Shown in pieces: positions 12,787-25,589 of a stretch of DNA of 64,000 nucleotides (its first letter is position 1; the number at the start of each line of letters is the position of its first letter). Origin of the DNA: Octopus vulgaris (lineage: Eukaryota); the NCBI GenBank assembly GCA_951406725.2, contig OX597824.1, forward strand, positions 35,650,001-35,714,000, in the 5' to 3' direction. Under the pieces are notes generated by a model. It made no database searches, had not been told where the DNA came from, and saw only the letters and a program-made list of their open reading frames with translations. The position numbers and the translations under genes were made by a program.

Positions 12787-13599
12787 GCAAATGGATATGT
12801 AGGCAAATAAATGGTTAAGTAGATAGATAGATGCATGGGTAATTCGGACAGACAAGCACACACGCACATACATACACAAAAGGAGACGGAAATGGATGTC
12901 CATATACACACATGCATATTACACACACACACACGTGCGCACACAAACACATATACAGAATACATACAAATGTACACACATGCATATATATATATATATA
13001 CACACATACATACACACATACATATATATATATATACATACATACATGCACATACATACATACATACATACATACATACATACATACATACATACATACA
13101 TACATACATACATACATGCATGCATGCACACTGACGCACGCACATGCACACGAACAAACAAATAAAAAGAACACAGCTCTGATAACGGACCGAGTCAAAA
13201 ACTATAGAAGAGGTTGTAAGAAACAACGAAACTTTTAGGAAAATGAGTGGAAAACGAACCGGTGGGTATGTTAAGTAATAAGGTATTAAAACAGAATGAC
13301 TCTCTCCTGATACAACAATATATATATTCCATCTACGAAATCCATTCGCAATACTTTGGTCGGCCCGAAACTATCGCAGAAGGCACTTGCCGAAGGTGCC
13401 ACGCACTAGGACTGAAACCGGAATCGTGTGTTTACGAAGCAAACTTCTTATCGCACAACCACGCCTGTGCCTACATAGACGCTGTCGTGATTATTTGTTG
13501 TTATTATTGTTGTTGGTGATGATATTACGAATGGCGGCAATGATGACTGCTATTATATGATGAGGCGGAGTGTGAGTTACAAGAATTGTTATGATGGGT

Positions 13600-14005
13600 T
13601 TATACTGCTGCTGGTGGTGGTGGTGGCGATGCTGGTTCTTGTGGCGGTGCTGGTGCTGGTGCTGGTGGCAGTTCTGGCAGTAGTGGTTGTGGTGATGGTG
13701 GTGGTGGTGGTGCTAATTACAGTCCTTCTGGTAGAGGTGTATTGTGGTGGTGGGAGTGTCGTTCGTGACACTGCTATGGGGTTTGTGTGAGTGGTTCAAG
13801 CAGTAGTGGAATGTGGTGACGGTGGTGGTGGTAGTGGTGGTGGTGGTGGTGGTGCTTGGCAGTGGTGGCAGCGACGGTGGTTGAGATTGTGGTAGTGGTT
13901 GTAGTGATAGCTATGCACAATAGTTAGTGTGAAAGTGAGGATGAAGCTGGTGGTGGTGGTGGTGGTTGTGGTGGTGGAGGTGGTGGTAGTGGTGGTGGTG
14001 GTAGC
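13600..14005 (+). repeat. Degenerate (GGT)n trinucleotide tract
   Basis: Visible GGT/GTG periodicity. Confidence 0.85.
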
Positions 14006-14597
14006 GAGAGAGTTATGAAGGATGATATTGGGTAGTCGTAGGAGTTATGATGTGGAAAGTGGTAGTGGGAGGGGAGAATAATTCAACCGAAATAATTATC
14101 AATGATTTTTATTTTCTTTATATTTAATGTCGAGAAAAGAATAATGTGAAGAATTGTCTACAGAACGTTTAGGGGTGGATGGAGAAAGGGGAAGAGGAAG
14201 AGAGAGAGAGGGGAAGAGGGAGGGAGAGAGAGGAAGGGTGGGTATGTCAAGTGTTCGGTAAAGGAAAAAAGAAACTCTGCATGAGTGAGGTGTGAGAAGG
14301 GAGGCAGAAGAGGTAACAGATAAACAGCAGAGTACAGGAATGAGGGTGTAGAGAAACAGAGAATATGAGAGGAGAGGGGTGGTATACACACTCACACACA
14401 CACGCACATACATACATACATACATACATACATACATACATACATACATACATACATACATACATACATACATAAGGCAGTGTTTGAGGGTAAGGCTCAG
14501 AAAGAAAGAGAAAAGGTATAAGTGATAGGTAGGTAGAATTGAGTAAAGTATAAAGTGTAGAGAAAGAGATAGAGTGTCAGATATAAAGAGAGGACGG

Positions 14598-14629
<32 letters not shown>

Positions 14630-14675
14630 AACAGAAGAAGAGGGAAAGCGAAGAGAAATAATCAAACAATATGGG

Positions 14676-14706
<31 letters not shown>

Positions 14707-16554
14707 AGTTAGGATTGTTTTGTTTTTGGCATTTTGTTTTTCTGTTTTTGTTTTTGTTTAGTTTTTGTTGTGTGAGGTGACCTTCGAAATGAGTGTCAGT
14801 TGTGTATTTTTCCCTTTTAAATGGTTAAGAAACAGTTTTATGTCAGTGGGAGAGTTTGTCATTGTAATGCCTGCAGAGACAAAGTGACAATGATTCCAGT
14901 CATGTAATCTGACTTGGAGCAGCAGCTTCGAGAAGAAACGTATTATCAAGTCGCTTTCTAAACAGTGCAATTCCCTTTGATGTCTGTGCAAATCGGATGT
15001 TTTATTTGTTTAGTGAGTAATTCAGTTTTGAGGTCGAGTTCAGATCAAAGGCAACTCACTCACTAGATGCTTAGTCTGAATGGCTTGTTCCGTCGACTGA
15101 TATTACGGTGACGGATGATAATACACAAGGAAAAAATACATAAATAAACGAAATGTCAGTCAAAGTTGAAATTATTCTCTGCTTAACCAATGATTGTCGT
15201 AAATAAAAGTTTTATTATCTTTACTTTATAATGATTATATTTTAGTTTCCCTTGTTGTGTTTTGATAATATTTGTTTGTATGTTTGTTTGTTGGGTTTTT
15301 TTTTTGTTATTGTTATTGCTGTTGTTGTTTTACAGAAAAATCTAGTACTGGCGGATATTAAAACATTTTTAATCACAAAGACTTTAAAGTATGTTCAAAG
15401 AAACCATTTGTTAATTTTCACTTGCAAAACTCTCCTCCCGTCCTAAAAACAGTCTTTATTTATGATGAGGGCAGGGAATGGAATACTATTTAGATGGGAT
15501 ATTGTTAATACACGGTTGGAAGATAGGTTATTTTTCCTGTCGTTAATCGCCATATTTGTTTCTCTTTAGAAGCTGTCACGGCTTTTAACGTCAACTATGG
15601 AATCGTTTCGTTTAACTTGTAGTTATTATATATCATTTTAGTTGTGTATTTCTTTTAAAGACCGCACAGTTTTGCTTCTTTTTTTTTTTCCATTCCGATA
15701 AATATTTTGCAGATGATTATCTATGTTATAGACCAAACTATCTCTTATTCCAGTTCCATTTATATATTATTGAAATCGGATTCAATAATATTTTTCATTG
15801 TTTTAATTTTTGTTTGTCTTTTACTGCAATGACTGGTTTGTTCCGGCTGTCTCCAGGGGAACGGCATTAATTTAATAACATAAAACCATCAATCATCTAG
15901 ATGGTTTTCCAATATTCTATTTTCGTCGAAGTTATTGGCAATATCACAAGGCTATTCAGCAAACAAGGACAATTGGTAAAATAACAATTCTAGTGAACCA
16001 GGATTGACCAAATTCATCCAACAACGTTGTTGCTATAATGCTAAGATTATCTTGTAATAACTGAGAGTTTTTTCCAGTTCCTTTAAAGCAAATATTTTAT
16101 ACAATGGCAACAAACAGCAGAATCATATTTATAATTGAATATTTGATAAGTTACTTTTGTCAAAAAAAAAAAAGAAGGAAAGAAAGAAAAGAAATCATAT
16201 GATGCGTAACTAGTCGACCATGATGAACGGAAACAACAGACAAACACAACCATGTGCGTGTGTGTGTGTGTATACATATGCATACATATATTGCGTGTAT
16301 ATCATATATATATATATATATATAAATATATGTACATATATATATCGTAATTTCTCATATAGTGTAACGTGAGTTGGAACAAATAATATAAACTTGTGCT
16401 TATCGTAATTTCTCATATGTGTGTGTGTATATACATATGTATGTATGTATATATGTAAATGTGTGGGTGTGTATATGTACATATATATATATATCGTAAT
16501 CTCTCTTATATATTATATAGATATAGATATATATGTGTATGTGTGCATGTGCGC

Positions 16555-18183
16555 GACATCCAAAGCCTCTATACTGTTATCCCTCACCACGAAGGACTGC
16601 AGGCCCTTCGACACTTTCTTGACCTCCGCTCTAACCCTGTACCTGACACCTCCACACTCATTCGTCTGGCCGAACTTGTCCTTACTCTGAACTGCTTCTC
16701 GTTCGCGGGCGAGTTCTACCATCAGGTCTCGGGAGTGGCCATGGGAACGCGAATGGGCCCCAACTATGCGAACCTGTTCGTTGGCTATGTTGAGGCCCAA
16801 ATATTCTCTAACTTCACTGGTCCCACTCCTGAACTATATGGTCGTTACATTGACGACATTATCGGTGCCACCTCACTCTCCCGCGAACATCTAGATTCCT
16901 TCCTCTCTTTCGTCCAATCTTTCCATCCAGCCCTCCACTTCACTTCCACTATCTCCAACACCTCTGTCTCCTTCCTCGACATTTCGGTTAGCATTCTTCA
17001 CTCCACTCTTACCACCTCCATTCACTACAAACACACAGACTCACACTCATACCTCAACTTCTCTTCCTCCCACCCAGAACACACCAAGCTTTCCATCCCC
17101 TATTCCCAATTCCTCCGTCTACGTAGGCTCTGTAGTGACGACCATGACTTTGAGACTCAGTCTCAACGTATGGCTCACCACTTCACCCTACGTGGATACC
17201 CCCTCACCACTATCCACACCGCCCTTGCCAGAGCACGGTCCGTGGACCGTGTATCTGCTCTCTCTCCCCGAACCCGCCCTGTAGTCTCCCGCCTCCCTTT
17301 TCCCCTCACTTACCACCCCACGACCCTACGTCTCCAACGCACCATTCTTCGAGCTTTCCGTCATCTCCAGTCCGACCCGTCCACTTCACACCTCTTCCCT
17401 AACCGACCCCTCCCCTCTTTCAAACGAGCCCACAACCTTCGAGACCTTTTGGTCCATAGCTCCTTCCCTGACCCTACCTCCCAACCCGGCTCGTTCCCCT
17501 GCTCCCGCCCACGTTGCCGCACTTGCCCTTACCTCTCCAACACCACCCGCCTCACTAGCACCCACCATCGACCCTATCCCATCATCCACTCCTTCACCTG
17601 CACCTCCAGCAATATTATCTATTGCATCTCTTGCTCTCTCTGCAATTCCTTGTACATCGGACAAACGGGACGCCGCTTGGCTGACCGGTTCGCGGAACAC
17701 CTTCGTGACATCCACCTTGCGAACGACACACCGGTCTCACGCCATTTCCGCTCCACCGGTCACTCCTTGCAACACCTATCTGTGTTCGGTTTGTCCTTAC
17801 ACAGAGGCCATCCGGATTCCCGTTTGCGCCGTGAACAGGAATTAATCTTCTCTCTTCGCTCTTATACGCCATTTGGTCTCAACTCTCCCCCCCCCTCCTC
17901 ATCTAACCCCCTCTCCCCCCTCCTCACCTATCCTTTCCCCCCGACCCCTACTTCTTCAGTCCTTCATCCTTTCACCCCTACTCCCCTTCCCTTCTTCCCT
18001 CTTTCTCCCTCCCTCTTCCCCTTCCCTCTGCTCCCTCACTCCCTCTCTCCCCTTCTCTCTCCCCCTCTCCCTCTTTCCTCCTTCATCCCCCTCCTCCCCC
18101 ATCCTCTCCTCTTCCCCCTCTCCTCCCCCTCTTCTTCTCCCCTCTCCTCCCCCTCCCCCTCTTCTTCTCACTACACCACATGA
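16555..18183 (+). CDS. PLE reverse transcriptase / GIY-YIG endonuclease (N-terminally truncated; the Pro/Ser-rich end after about 17900 is probably read-through of low-complexity sequence)
   Basis: DIQSLYTVIP (motif A), GVAMGTRMGPNYANLFV (B), RYIDD (C), SFLD, CSRPRCRTC linker, NIIYCISCSLCNSLYIGQTGRRLADRFAEH, REQELIF...GLN; no stops. Confidence 0.92.
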   Translation, partial: DIQSLYTVIPHHEGLQALRHFLDLRSNPVPDTSTLIRLAELVLTLNCFSFAGEFYHQVSGVAMGTRMGPNYANLFVGYVEAQIFSNFTGPTPELYGRYIDDIIGATSLSREHLDSFLSFVQSFHPALHFTSTISNTSVSFLDISVSILHSTLTTSIHYKHTDSHSYLNFSSSHPEHTKLSIPYSQFLRLRRLCSDDHDFETQSQRMAHHFTLRGYPLTTIHTALARARSVDRVSALSPRTRPVVSRLPFPLTYHPTTLRLQRTILRAFRHLQSDPSTSHLFPNRPLPSFKRAHNLRDLLVHSSFPDPTSQPGSFPCSRPRCRTCPYLSNTTRLTSTHHRPYPIIHSFTCTSSNIIYCISCSLCNSLYIGQTGRRLADRFAEHLRDIHLANDTPVSRHFRSTGHSLQHLSVFGLSLHRGHPDSRLRREQELIFSLRSYTPFGLNSPPPSSSNPLSPLLTYPFPPTPTSSVLHPFTPTPLPFFPLSPSLFPFPLLPHSLSPLLSPPLPLSSFIPLLPHPLLFPLSSPSSSPLSSPSPSSSHYTT

Positions 18184-18229
18184 CTTTACACATCACATCA
18201 CATATGATGTGCCATACTAGTACACACAC

Positions 18230-18550
18230 CAACTAATACATACTAATACGTACTAATACATACTAGTACATACTAATACATACACCAACCCTATACATAC
18301 ACACGTCCAGACCCCGCATACGCACTTATACTCTCTCATACACACACACACACACTTATACATACCAATACGTACTAATACATACTAATACATACTAATA
18401 CATACACCAACCCCATACATACGCACGTCCAGACCAATCCTACGCACTAATACTCTCTCATACACACACACACACACACACCCTTATACATACTAATACA
18501 TACACCAACCCTATACATACACACATCCAGACCCCTCCTACGCACTATTA
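18230..18550 (+). repeat. About 120-bp tandem repeat (about 3 copies) with TACTAATACA subrepeats in the PLE 3' UTR
   Basis: CATACACCAACCCYATACATACRCACRTCCAGACC occurs three times. Confidence 0.8.
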
Positions 18551-18718
18551 GCTGGTCCCTCAAACCCTTTTATCAACCCTATTATCTCCCCTTATTTCGC
18601 TCTCGCGTCTCATGTTTGATCTTTGACCTCTGGCCGAAATCAGATCGCCATGTTGATTCGTTAGCTACTGCACGCATTTTTTTCTCTCCTTCTTTCTGTG
18701 TTTTTCTCTCTCTGTGTA

Positions 18719-18756
18719 TCTTTCTGTTGAAGAGCGTAGGCTCGAAACGTTAAAGA
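18719..18756 (+). ncRNA. Minimal type-I hammerhead ribozyme-like fold (variant core CUGUUGA)
   Basis: UCUUU-CUGUUGA-A-GAGC(GUAG)GCUC-GAAACGU-U-AAAGA: helix I 5 bp, helix II 4 bp, palindromic ACGU helix III. Confidence 0.7.
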
Positions 18757-18949
18757 CTTGTTTTATTTATATTTCCTGAGCGCCATACTAATACAATTGT
18801 TCGTTTGTTTTCCACCTGCCTTCGTCTTTTGTTTATTTTCATAAAGCTTCCCGTTACATATATATATATATATATATGAGAAATTGCGATAAACTCATAT
18901 TAGTTTATATTAGTTGTTCCTATACATGTTACAGTGTTCTTTTCTACTC

Positions 18950-19128
18950 TAGGCACAAATCTCGAAATATGGGGGGAGGGGACCAGTCGATTAGATCGAC
19001 CCCAGTACGCAACTGGTACTTAGTTTTTCGGCCCCGAAAGGATGAAAGGCAAAGTCGACCTAGGCGGAATTTGAACTCAGAACTTAAAGACAGACGAAAT
19101 ATCGCTCGCGTTTCTTCCAGCTCGCCTC
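18950..19128 (-). mobile_element. SINE family B, older subfamily
   Basis: CCCCGAAAGGATGAAAGGCAAAGTCGACC...GGAATTTGAACTCAG. Confidence 0.78.
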
Positions 19129-19379
19129 CTTATAAACTCGTTTCTTTATCGTAATTTCTCCTACGTTAGCGCTATATATCATAACTAGAGATACTCCTAA
19201 TAATGTGGTTAGTTGCCGAAGCACTGTACTCGAATTCGAAGCACACTCGTTGATGATGTTTTATGTAGAGCTCTAAACTTAACAGTAGCAATCGTACATA
19301 TATTTGTATACACAGAATACACTACGCTAGACACACGCACACACGTGCATGTATATACATATATATATATATATATGTA

Positions 19380-19470
<91 letters not shown>

Positions 19471-19473
<3 letters not shown>

Positions 19474-19588
19474 TTACAAAAGAAAGAACAAAAGACGAAG
19501 ACTGGTGTGTAAGCTATAGATGTATTAGTTTAACGCTCGGGAAGTGAGAAAGTCTTTTACGTTTCGAGCCAACGCTCTTTGACGGAAA
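19471..19588 (-). mobile_element. Solo PLE 3' tail with degenerate hammerhead
   Basis: Reverse strand TTT-CCGTCAA-A-GAGC(GTTG)GCTC-GAAACGT-A-AAAGA...TTCCCGAGCGTTAA, homologous to 18719-18856. Confidence 0.7.
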
Positions 19589-19590
19589 CC

Positions 19591-19647
<57 letters not shown>

Positions 19648-19675
19648 CCGTCTCGCTATATTCCGCTTCATTTTT

Positions 19676-20025
19676 GGTGCAGATGTGGCTATGTGGTAAG
19701 AAGCTAACTTCCCAACCTTGAACAAGTGTTTTCTACTATGGCCTCGGCCGACCAATGCTTTGTGAGTGAATTGGTGGACGGAAACTACAACAAGCCCGTC
19801 GTCCATATATCTATGTGTGTGTGTCTTCGTGGCTGTGTTTGTCTCTCCATCACCACTTGATAACCGGCGTTAGTGTGATTACGCCCTCGTAACGTAGCGG
19901 TTCGGCAAAAGAGACCGATAGAATAAGTAGCAGGCTTTAAAAAAATAAATGTCCTGGAGTCGATTCATTCGACTACAAATTCAAGGCGGTGGTGCTTCCG
20001 GCTAATGACTGAAACAAGTAAAAGA
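19676..20025 (+). mobile_element. SINE family A
   Basis: GTGGCTATGTGGTAAGAAGCT...CGGTTCGGCAAAAGAGACCGATAGAATAAGTA...GACTGAAACAAGTAAAAG. Confidence 0.8.
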
Positions 20026-20458
<433 letters not shown>

Positions 20459-20764
20459 GCTAGGGAGTTTCTTTTCCTTAGATAAAAAAAAAAACAACTT
20501 AATTTTAGTACGGTATCTATTTCAGCAATATTTACAGTCGTGTATCCCTGTGTGCTGAATAACAACCATATGTGTCCTCTACAAGTTCTTCACTCTCTAA
20601 TGCTGAAAAAAGGCAAATATTTCGTACAGGACTTAAAAAATAAACTCTAGCCCTATTTTTAGATTCATATATGAAATGTCAGTGTGTACGTCACTTTAAG
20701 ACACGAGTTATATATTGGACTTAAATTTGCAACGAAAGATGAGCTGGAATGAACTTTGAGACAG

Positions 20765-21052
20765 AACCGCTAATTTACGGGAGTATAAACAAACCAACAT
20801 CGGCTGTCAGGTGGTGGTGGGGCCCAAACACAGAGACACGCGCTTGCGTACAGACACACACACATACACACACACACACACACTCATACTCACATCCGAC
20901 GGGCTGCCAGATTCCATCTACCAAATCCACTCACAAGGCTTTGGTGTGCCGGAGTCTATTGTAGAAGATGCTTGCCCAAGGTCTCACACAACGGGACTCA
21001 ACCCGGAGCAAGGTTATTGGGAAGCAAGCTTCTTACCACACAGTCACAGCCA
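20765..21052 (-). mobile_element. SINE family A, diverged
   Basis: CCAAATCCACTCACAAGGCTTTGG...TTGCCCAAGG...CTTACCACACAGTCAC. Confidence 0.75.
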
Positions 21053-21145
21053 CATATAATTCACACACGTAATGTATATACACAATCGTTAGACTAGTTA
21101 TTGCGGTATTTGTCCTGATATAACACCTCTTATGAATTTGTAGTG

Positions 21146-21225
<80 letters not shown>

Positions 21226-22189
21226 AGACGAAAATTCACCCCAGCACGGGCCAGCGAGAGCGCCAGATATATTTCGGCCTTTCAATGACGCATACTCGCA
21301 GCCAGCCACATGTTCGGACGAAAAATCGTTGTCTCTAATATTTATTGTGTTTTGGACACAGTAATTCTATAAGAGATGCTATCTCAGGAAAAATACCGAA
21401 GTAACTGGCCTATCGACAGTGTATATACATTAAGAACCAAATGTAGATTTTATAACGACAATATCAGAAGTAAGTGCAATGAATGTCTAAGTTTTTGGAG
21501 GTTTCAAAGATATTCATTACATTTGTTGAAAGGTTATTGTTTTCTAACCTCTTTAAGGTGGCAGTGAATAATATAGTTCCGAGTGCCGCCAGCTGCAGTT
21601 TCACTAATAAAGCTATTTAATAGATAATCGAAGAAAGCAATAATTGATTCGAAGTGAAAAATATATTTTTGCATTCCGGATATTATGAGGTTGACAAGAA
21701 TCGTTGGTGATTCATCGAGTTATACAGCAGCAGTAGTAGTAGTGATGATGGCATGTAATAGTAGTAGTAGTAGTAGCAGTAGTAGTAGTTAATACTGTGA
21801 TTATGGAACAATGATATAAGACTGCCAAAATTCGTTTGATATGACGTAAATACTGTAGGCGCCATTTGATTGGTTAGTTTTGTTATATCCGAGAGATAAA
21901 ACACGTAGGATGGGGCATAAAACTTTTGGGAAAAAATGATGTTTAATAATATTTTCCCAGACATTTTTCTATTGATATCTATAGAGTCTGACAGATAGAT
22001 GTTTGATGTTTGATTTATAGTTTTCTTTGTGATTTCATCTCTCTAGTCGTTGTAAGTAGTCATACATAAAACGAGGAGAATAGTAGGAGATGGAACCGAT
22101 CGAGACAAAGCTTACGTAACAGAAAGCGAAATCAAGCTAACTTCCTACTAATCTTCGAACTAAGGCTAATTGTATATGGTCAAAACAAA

Positions 22190-22443
22190 ATTGGTATTCC
22201 GTCGGTTACGACGATCAGGGTTCCAGTTGATCCGTTAAACACAACAGCCTGCTCGTAAAAATTCACATGCAGAGAGATTCAGTGTCGTACAGAATATGAC
22301 AAGGCTGTCCCTTTGAATTACAAGTACGACTCATTTTTGCCAGCTGAGTGGCCTGGAGCAACGTGAAATAACGTGTCTTCCTGAAGGACACAGCGACCTT
22401 ACAATTGTGAGCCTAAAGCTCTAATCACTAAGCCATGCACCTT
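22190..22443 (-). mobile_element. tRNA-derived CORE-type SINE, family C
   Basis: Reverse: GGTGCATGGCTTAGTGATTAG head, GTGTCCTTCAGGAAGACACG...CCACTCAGCTGGCAAAAATGAG core, tail CGTCGTAACCGACGGA; further copies at 34035, 38605, 41715, 48040. Confidence 0.75.
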
Positions 22444-22958
22444 CACAAGGTGTGTGTATGTATGCATGTATGTATGTATATATATATATTTATAAAGGGT
22501 AAAAATCATTAATGATTTTTACCAGGTGGTCAACGCGGAAATAACCTCTTTTCCTCCACGACGTCCTGTGGACTGGACGTCTTCTATCTCTCGATTTTTT
22601 ACGTTTTTAAAGAAAAAATTTCGCTCATAGTTCGCTATTTTCACCTCGTTCAGGTCTAACAACCCTCCATGTTTGCTTTCGTTCGGTTTCCTTGTATGTC
22701 TCCATTGTCCTGTTTTTGTTCCCAACTTTGACCCTCCATAAATCCAAAATTTTATTTTCGTATTTATGGGAGCAACTGTGTTCGAAGACTCATATTGTCG
22801 TTGAATACTCGAAATGAGGAGGAGAAAGACAAACGACAACTGAAGAATGGTGTTACTTGTCCTGTTTTCCATTTTTTCTCTCGCTGTTTGCGTATTTAAC
22901 TCATTTATTTCGTACTTCATATGTTTTACTGGTGGTGATATACTGTGCTGATATATGC

Positions 22959-23014
<56 letters not shown>

Positions 23015-23187
23015 CATGTGTGTGTGTTTTCTCAAACGTTTATAAAAACAGCTTCACTTCGGTGACCGGAATGAAACGATTGGACGCCAACGATTGGCTG
23101 ACTGGATGTTCAACGTAGTTTTATGATAGTGCGTTTTGGCGTTGGAGGCAAACGCGCATGCAGAACTATACACATACACCGATAGAG

Positions 23188-23222
<35 letters not shown>

Positions 23223-23228
23223 CATTAA

Positions 23229-23459
23229 GGCGGCGAGCTGGCAGAAACGTTAGCACGCCTGGCGAAATGCGTAACCGTATTTCATCTGTCCTTACGTTCC
23301 GAGTTCAAATTCCGCCGAAGTCGACTTTGCCTTTCATCCTTTCGGGGCCGATAAATTAAGTACCAGTTACGCACTGGGGTCGATGTAATCGACTTAATCC
23401 GTTTGTCTGTCCTTGTTTGCCTCCTCTGTGTTTAGCCCCTTGTGGATAGTAAAGAAATA
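23229..23459 (+). mobile_element. SINE family B, full-length monomer
   Basis: GGCGGCGAGCTGGCAGAAACG to AAGAAATA; flanked by TATATACAT. Confidence 0.9.
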
Positions 23460-24044
23460 TATATACATACAGAGGGAGGGGGTAATTACACATCAAACAT
23501 AACTTGATGCTCACACTCATAAACAGGGGTTGAGAAGGTATAGAGAAACGTTAAAACGTCTAATGTCCTTTGTTACAAAAGCCTAGTTTATTTTATATTG
23601 CAATAAATGAAAAGCAACGTTGTTTCTTAAAAGATTCCAACTTACCAATCGCTGGCTCATTGCATTTGGTTTGGTTTGTTTGTCAAAGGATTGTCTCACT
23701 TCTCAGGTGACTTTGTTTATAAAGTACCTGTTTTGGATGCGGTTTCTCATCGATAAACATCACCGTAATATTTACGAACACACTTATGTACATGCATACA
23801 CACTGATACATACATACATACATACATACATACATACATACAAACATACATACATACATACATACATACATTTACACCTATTTATACATGTATGCATACG
23901 TGTATACGTACTTACGTAATATTGGAAAATATGTATATTAAAGTTTCCATCAGGGCAACCGAACGCAACAGGAACACTCACAGAATTCTCCTTAGAAGCA
24001 AATAAAACCAGCCATTAACAACAGGATGGAATAAAAGAATAGAC

Positions 24045-24110
<66 letters not shown>

Positions 24111-24115
<5 letters not shown>

Positions 24116-24365
24116 GTAAAAAAATACAAACTGGGACAAGAACGTAAAACATTTACAAGACGATACAAAAAACACGGACGGGACATTCGAAGCCTTCAAT
24201 CTTCAGTCAAGAACCGAATCATCTTCGCAATTTCGGCTGATTAATCTTGAGATTGCTCCGATCTGGCCAGCTCCAAAGGAAAATCTAAGCCAAGCGCATT
24301 AGATTCCTTGGAAGAAAGCCTCGAATGTATACAAAACAAGGACGGAAAACCGGACGATGTTACAC
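24111..24365 (-). mobile_element. Probable retroelement (PLE-like) 3' tail abutting (TG)n
   Basis: Same architecture as the other tails (T-rich sense strand, CCGAAA and CTGAAGA motifs, ends at a microsatellite); no ORF. Confidence 0.35.
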
Positions 24366-24754
24366 AAATAAAAATACAAAAATACGTAAAAACAATAATG
24401 ATAACACGAATAAGAATACAAAAATATGTAAAAACAATAATGATAATAATAATAACAACAAAAACAGGACGTCACAGACAAGCGTCTTTTCGACAGGACG
24501 AGTAAATTTTTTGAGCTGGCGTTAGAAAAAAGCCTTAGGGCTAGAGACAGAAAAAAAATGTGTCTTGCCGCAACGGCTGCTGACCACGAAGAGGCTAGCA
24601 ATCGGTTGGCTAGTCACGTGTGAGGGGAAGAAGTTTCTCTATATGTATATGTATGTGTGTATATGTGTATATATGCATATATGTATATATATCTATATAT
24701 GTGTGTATGTGTGTGTGCGTGTATCTATATGTACATATATATAGCTATGTGTAG

Positions 24755-24970
24755 GGCGGCGAGCTGGCAGAAACGTTAGCACGCCGGGCGCAATGCGTAG
24801 CCGTATTTCGTCTGCCGTTACGTTCTGAGTTCAAATTCCGCCGAGGTCGACTTTGCCTTTCATCCTTTCGGGATCGATAAATAAAGTATCAGTTTCGCAC
24901 TGGGGTCGATATAATCGACTTAATCCCTTTGTCTGCTCTTGTTTGTCCCCTCTGTGTTTGGCCCCTTAGT
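24755..24970 (+). mobile_element. SINE family B flanked by a direct duplication of about 110 bp
   Basis: 24631-24748 is repeated at 24995-25098. Confidence 0.85.
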
Positions 24971-25529
24971 ATTAATAAAATAGATACATAAAAAAAGTCT
25001 CTCTATATGTATGTGTGTATATATGCATATATGTGTATATATCTATATATGTGTGTATGTGTGTGTGCGTGCATCTATATGTACATATATATAGCTATAT
25101 ATATGTCTATATATTCATCTGTGCGCATTTGCGTTTTTTGTAGGCGTATGTATATATTAGTGTGGATTTGTTTATACGTGAACGCGGGAGTGTGTTTATG
25201 TGTATATATGCATACATATATGTATATGTGTGTATGTGTATGTGTATATGTATATATATGCGTGTATATTTTTACTTATGTGCATACGCGAGTGCATTAA
25301 CACGTGTCACAGACGTCTATATCTTGCTTTACGTACGAATATATGCACATATTTATCTCTGCTATGTACATATATTTGTGTATATACACACGCGTATACA
25401 TGCATATATGAGTTCCTATACATATATATGTTTGTATTCGTCCATGCGTGTGCGTATGTGCGTGTATCTAGTTGTATGTATATACCCATATACTTGGATG
25501 TGCGTGTGTGAGCGCGTAAGTATATGTGC

Positions 25530-25589
<60 letters not shown>

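Larger units (their letters stand above)
16555..18856 (+). mobile_element. Penelope-like retroelement (Neptune-type), 5'-truncated, in TA-rich microsatellite
   Basis: RT + Cys linker + C-terminal GIY-YIG ORF, pyrimidine-rich 3' region, about 120-bp tandem repeats, hammerhead-bearing tail, ends into (TA)n. Confidence 0.93.

Noticed and set aside
13557-13790. Poly-Val transmembrane-like ORF
   Set aside because: Translation of the (GGT)n tract
16459-16554. N-terminus of the 574-aa ORF as a real start
   Set aside because: Microsatellite flank fortuitously in frame; the element is truncated at RT motif A
17386-18220. Antisense and alternative-frame ORFs over the PLE
   Set aside because: By-products of the C-rich, stop-poor composition of the PLE
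24181-24300. Possible hammerhead in the tail-like element (CCGAAA, CTGAAGA on the minus strand)
   Set aside because: Could not assemble three helices around the boxes by eye
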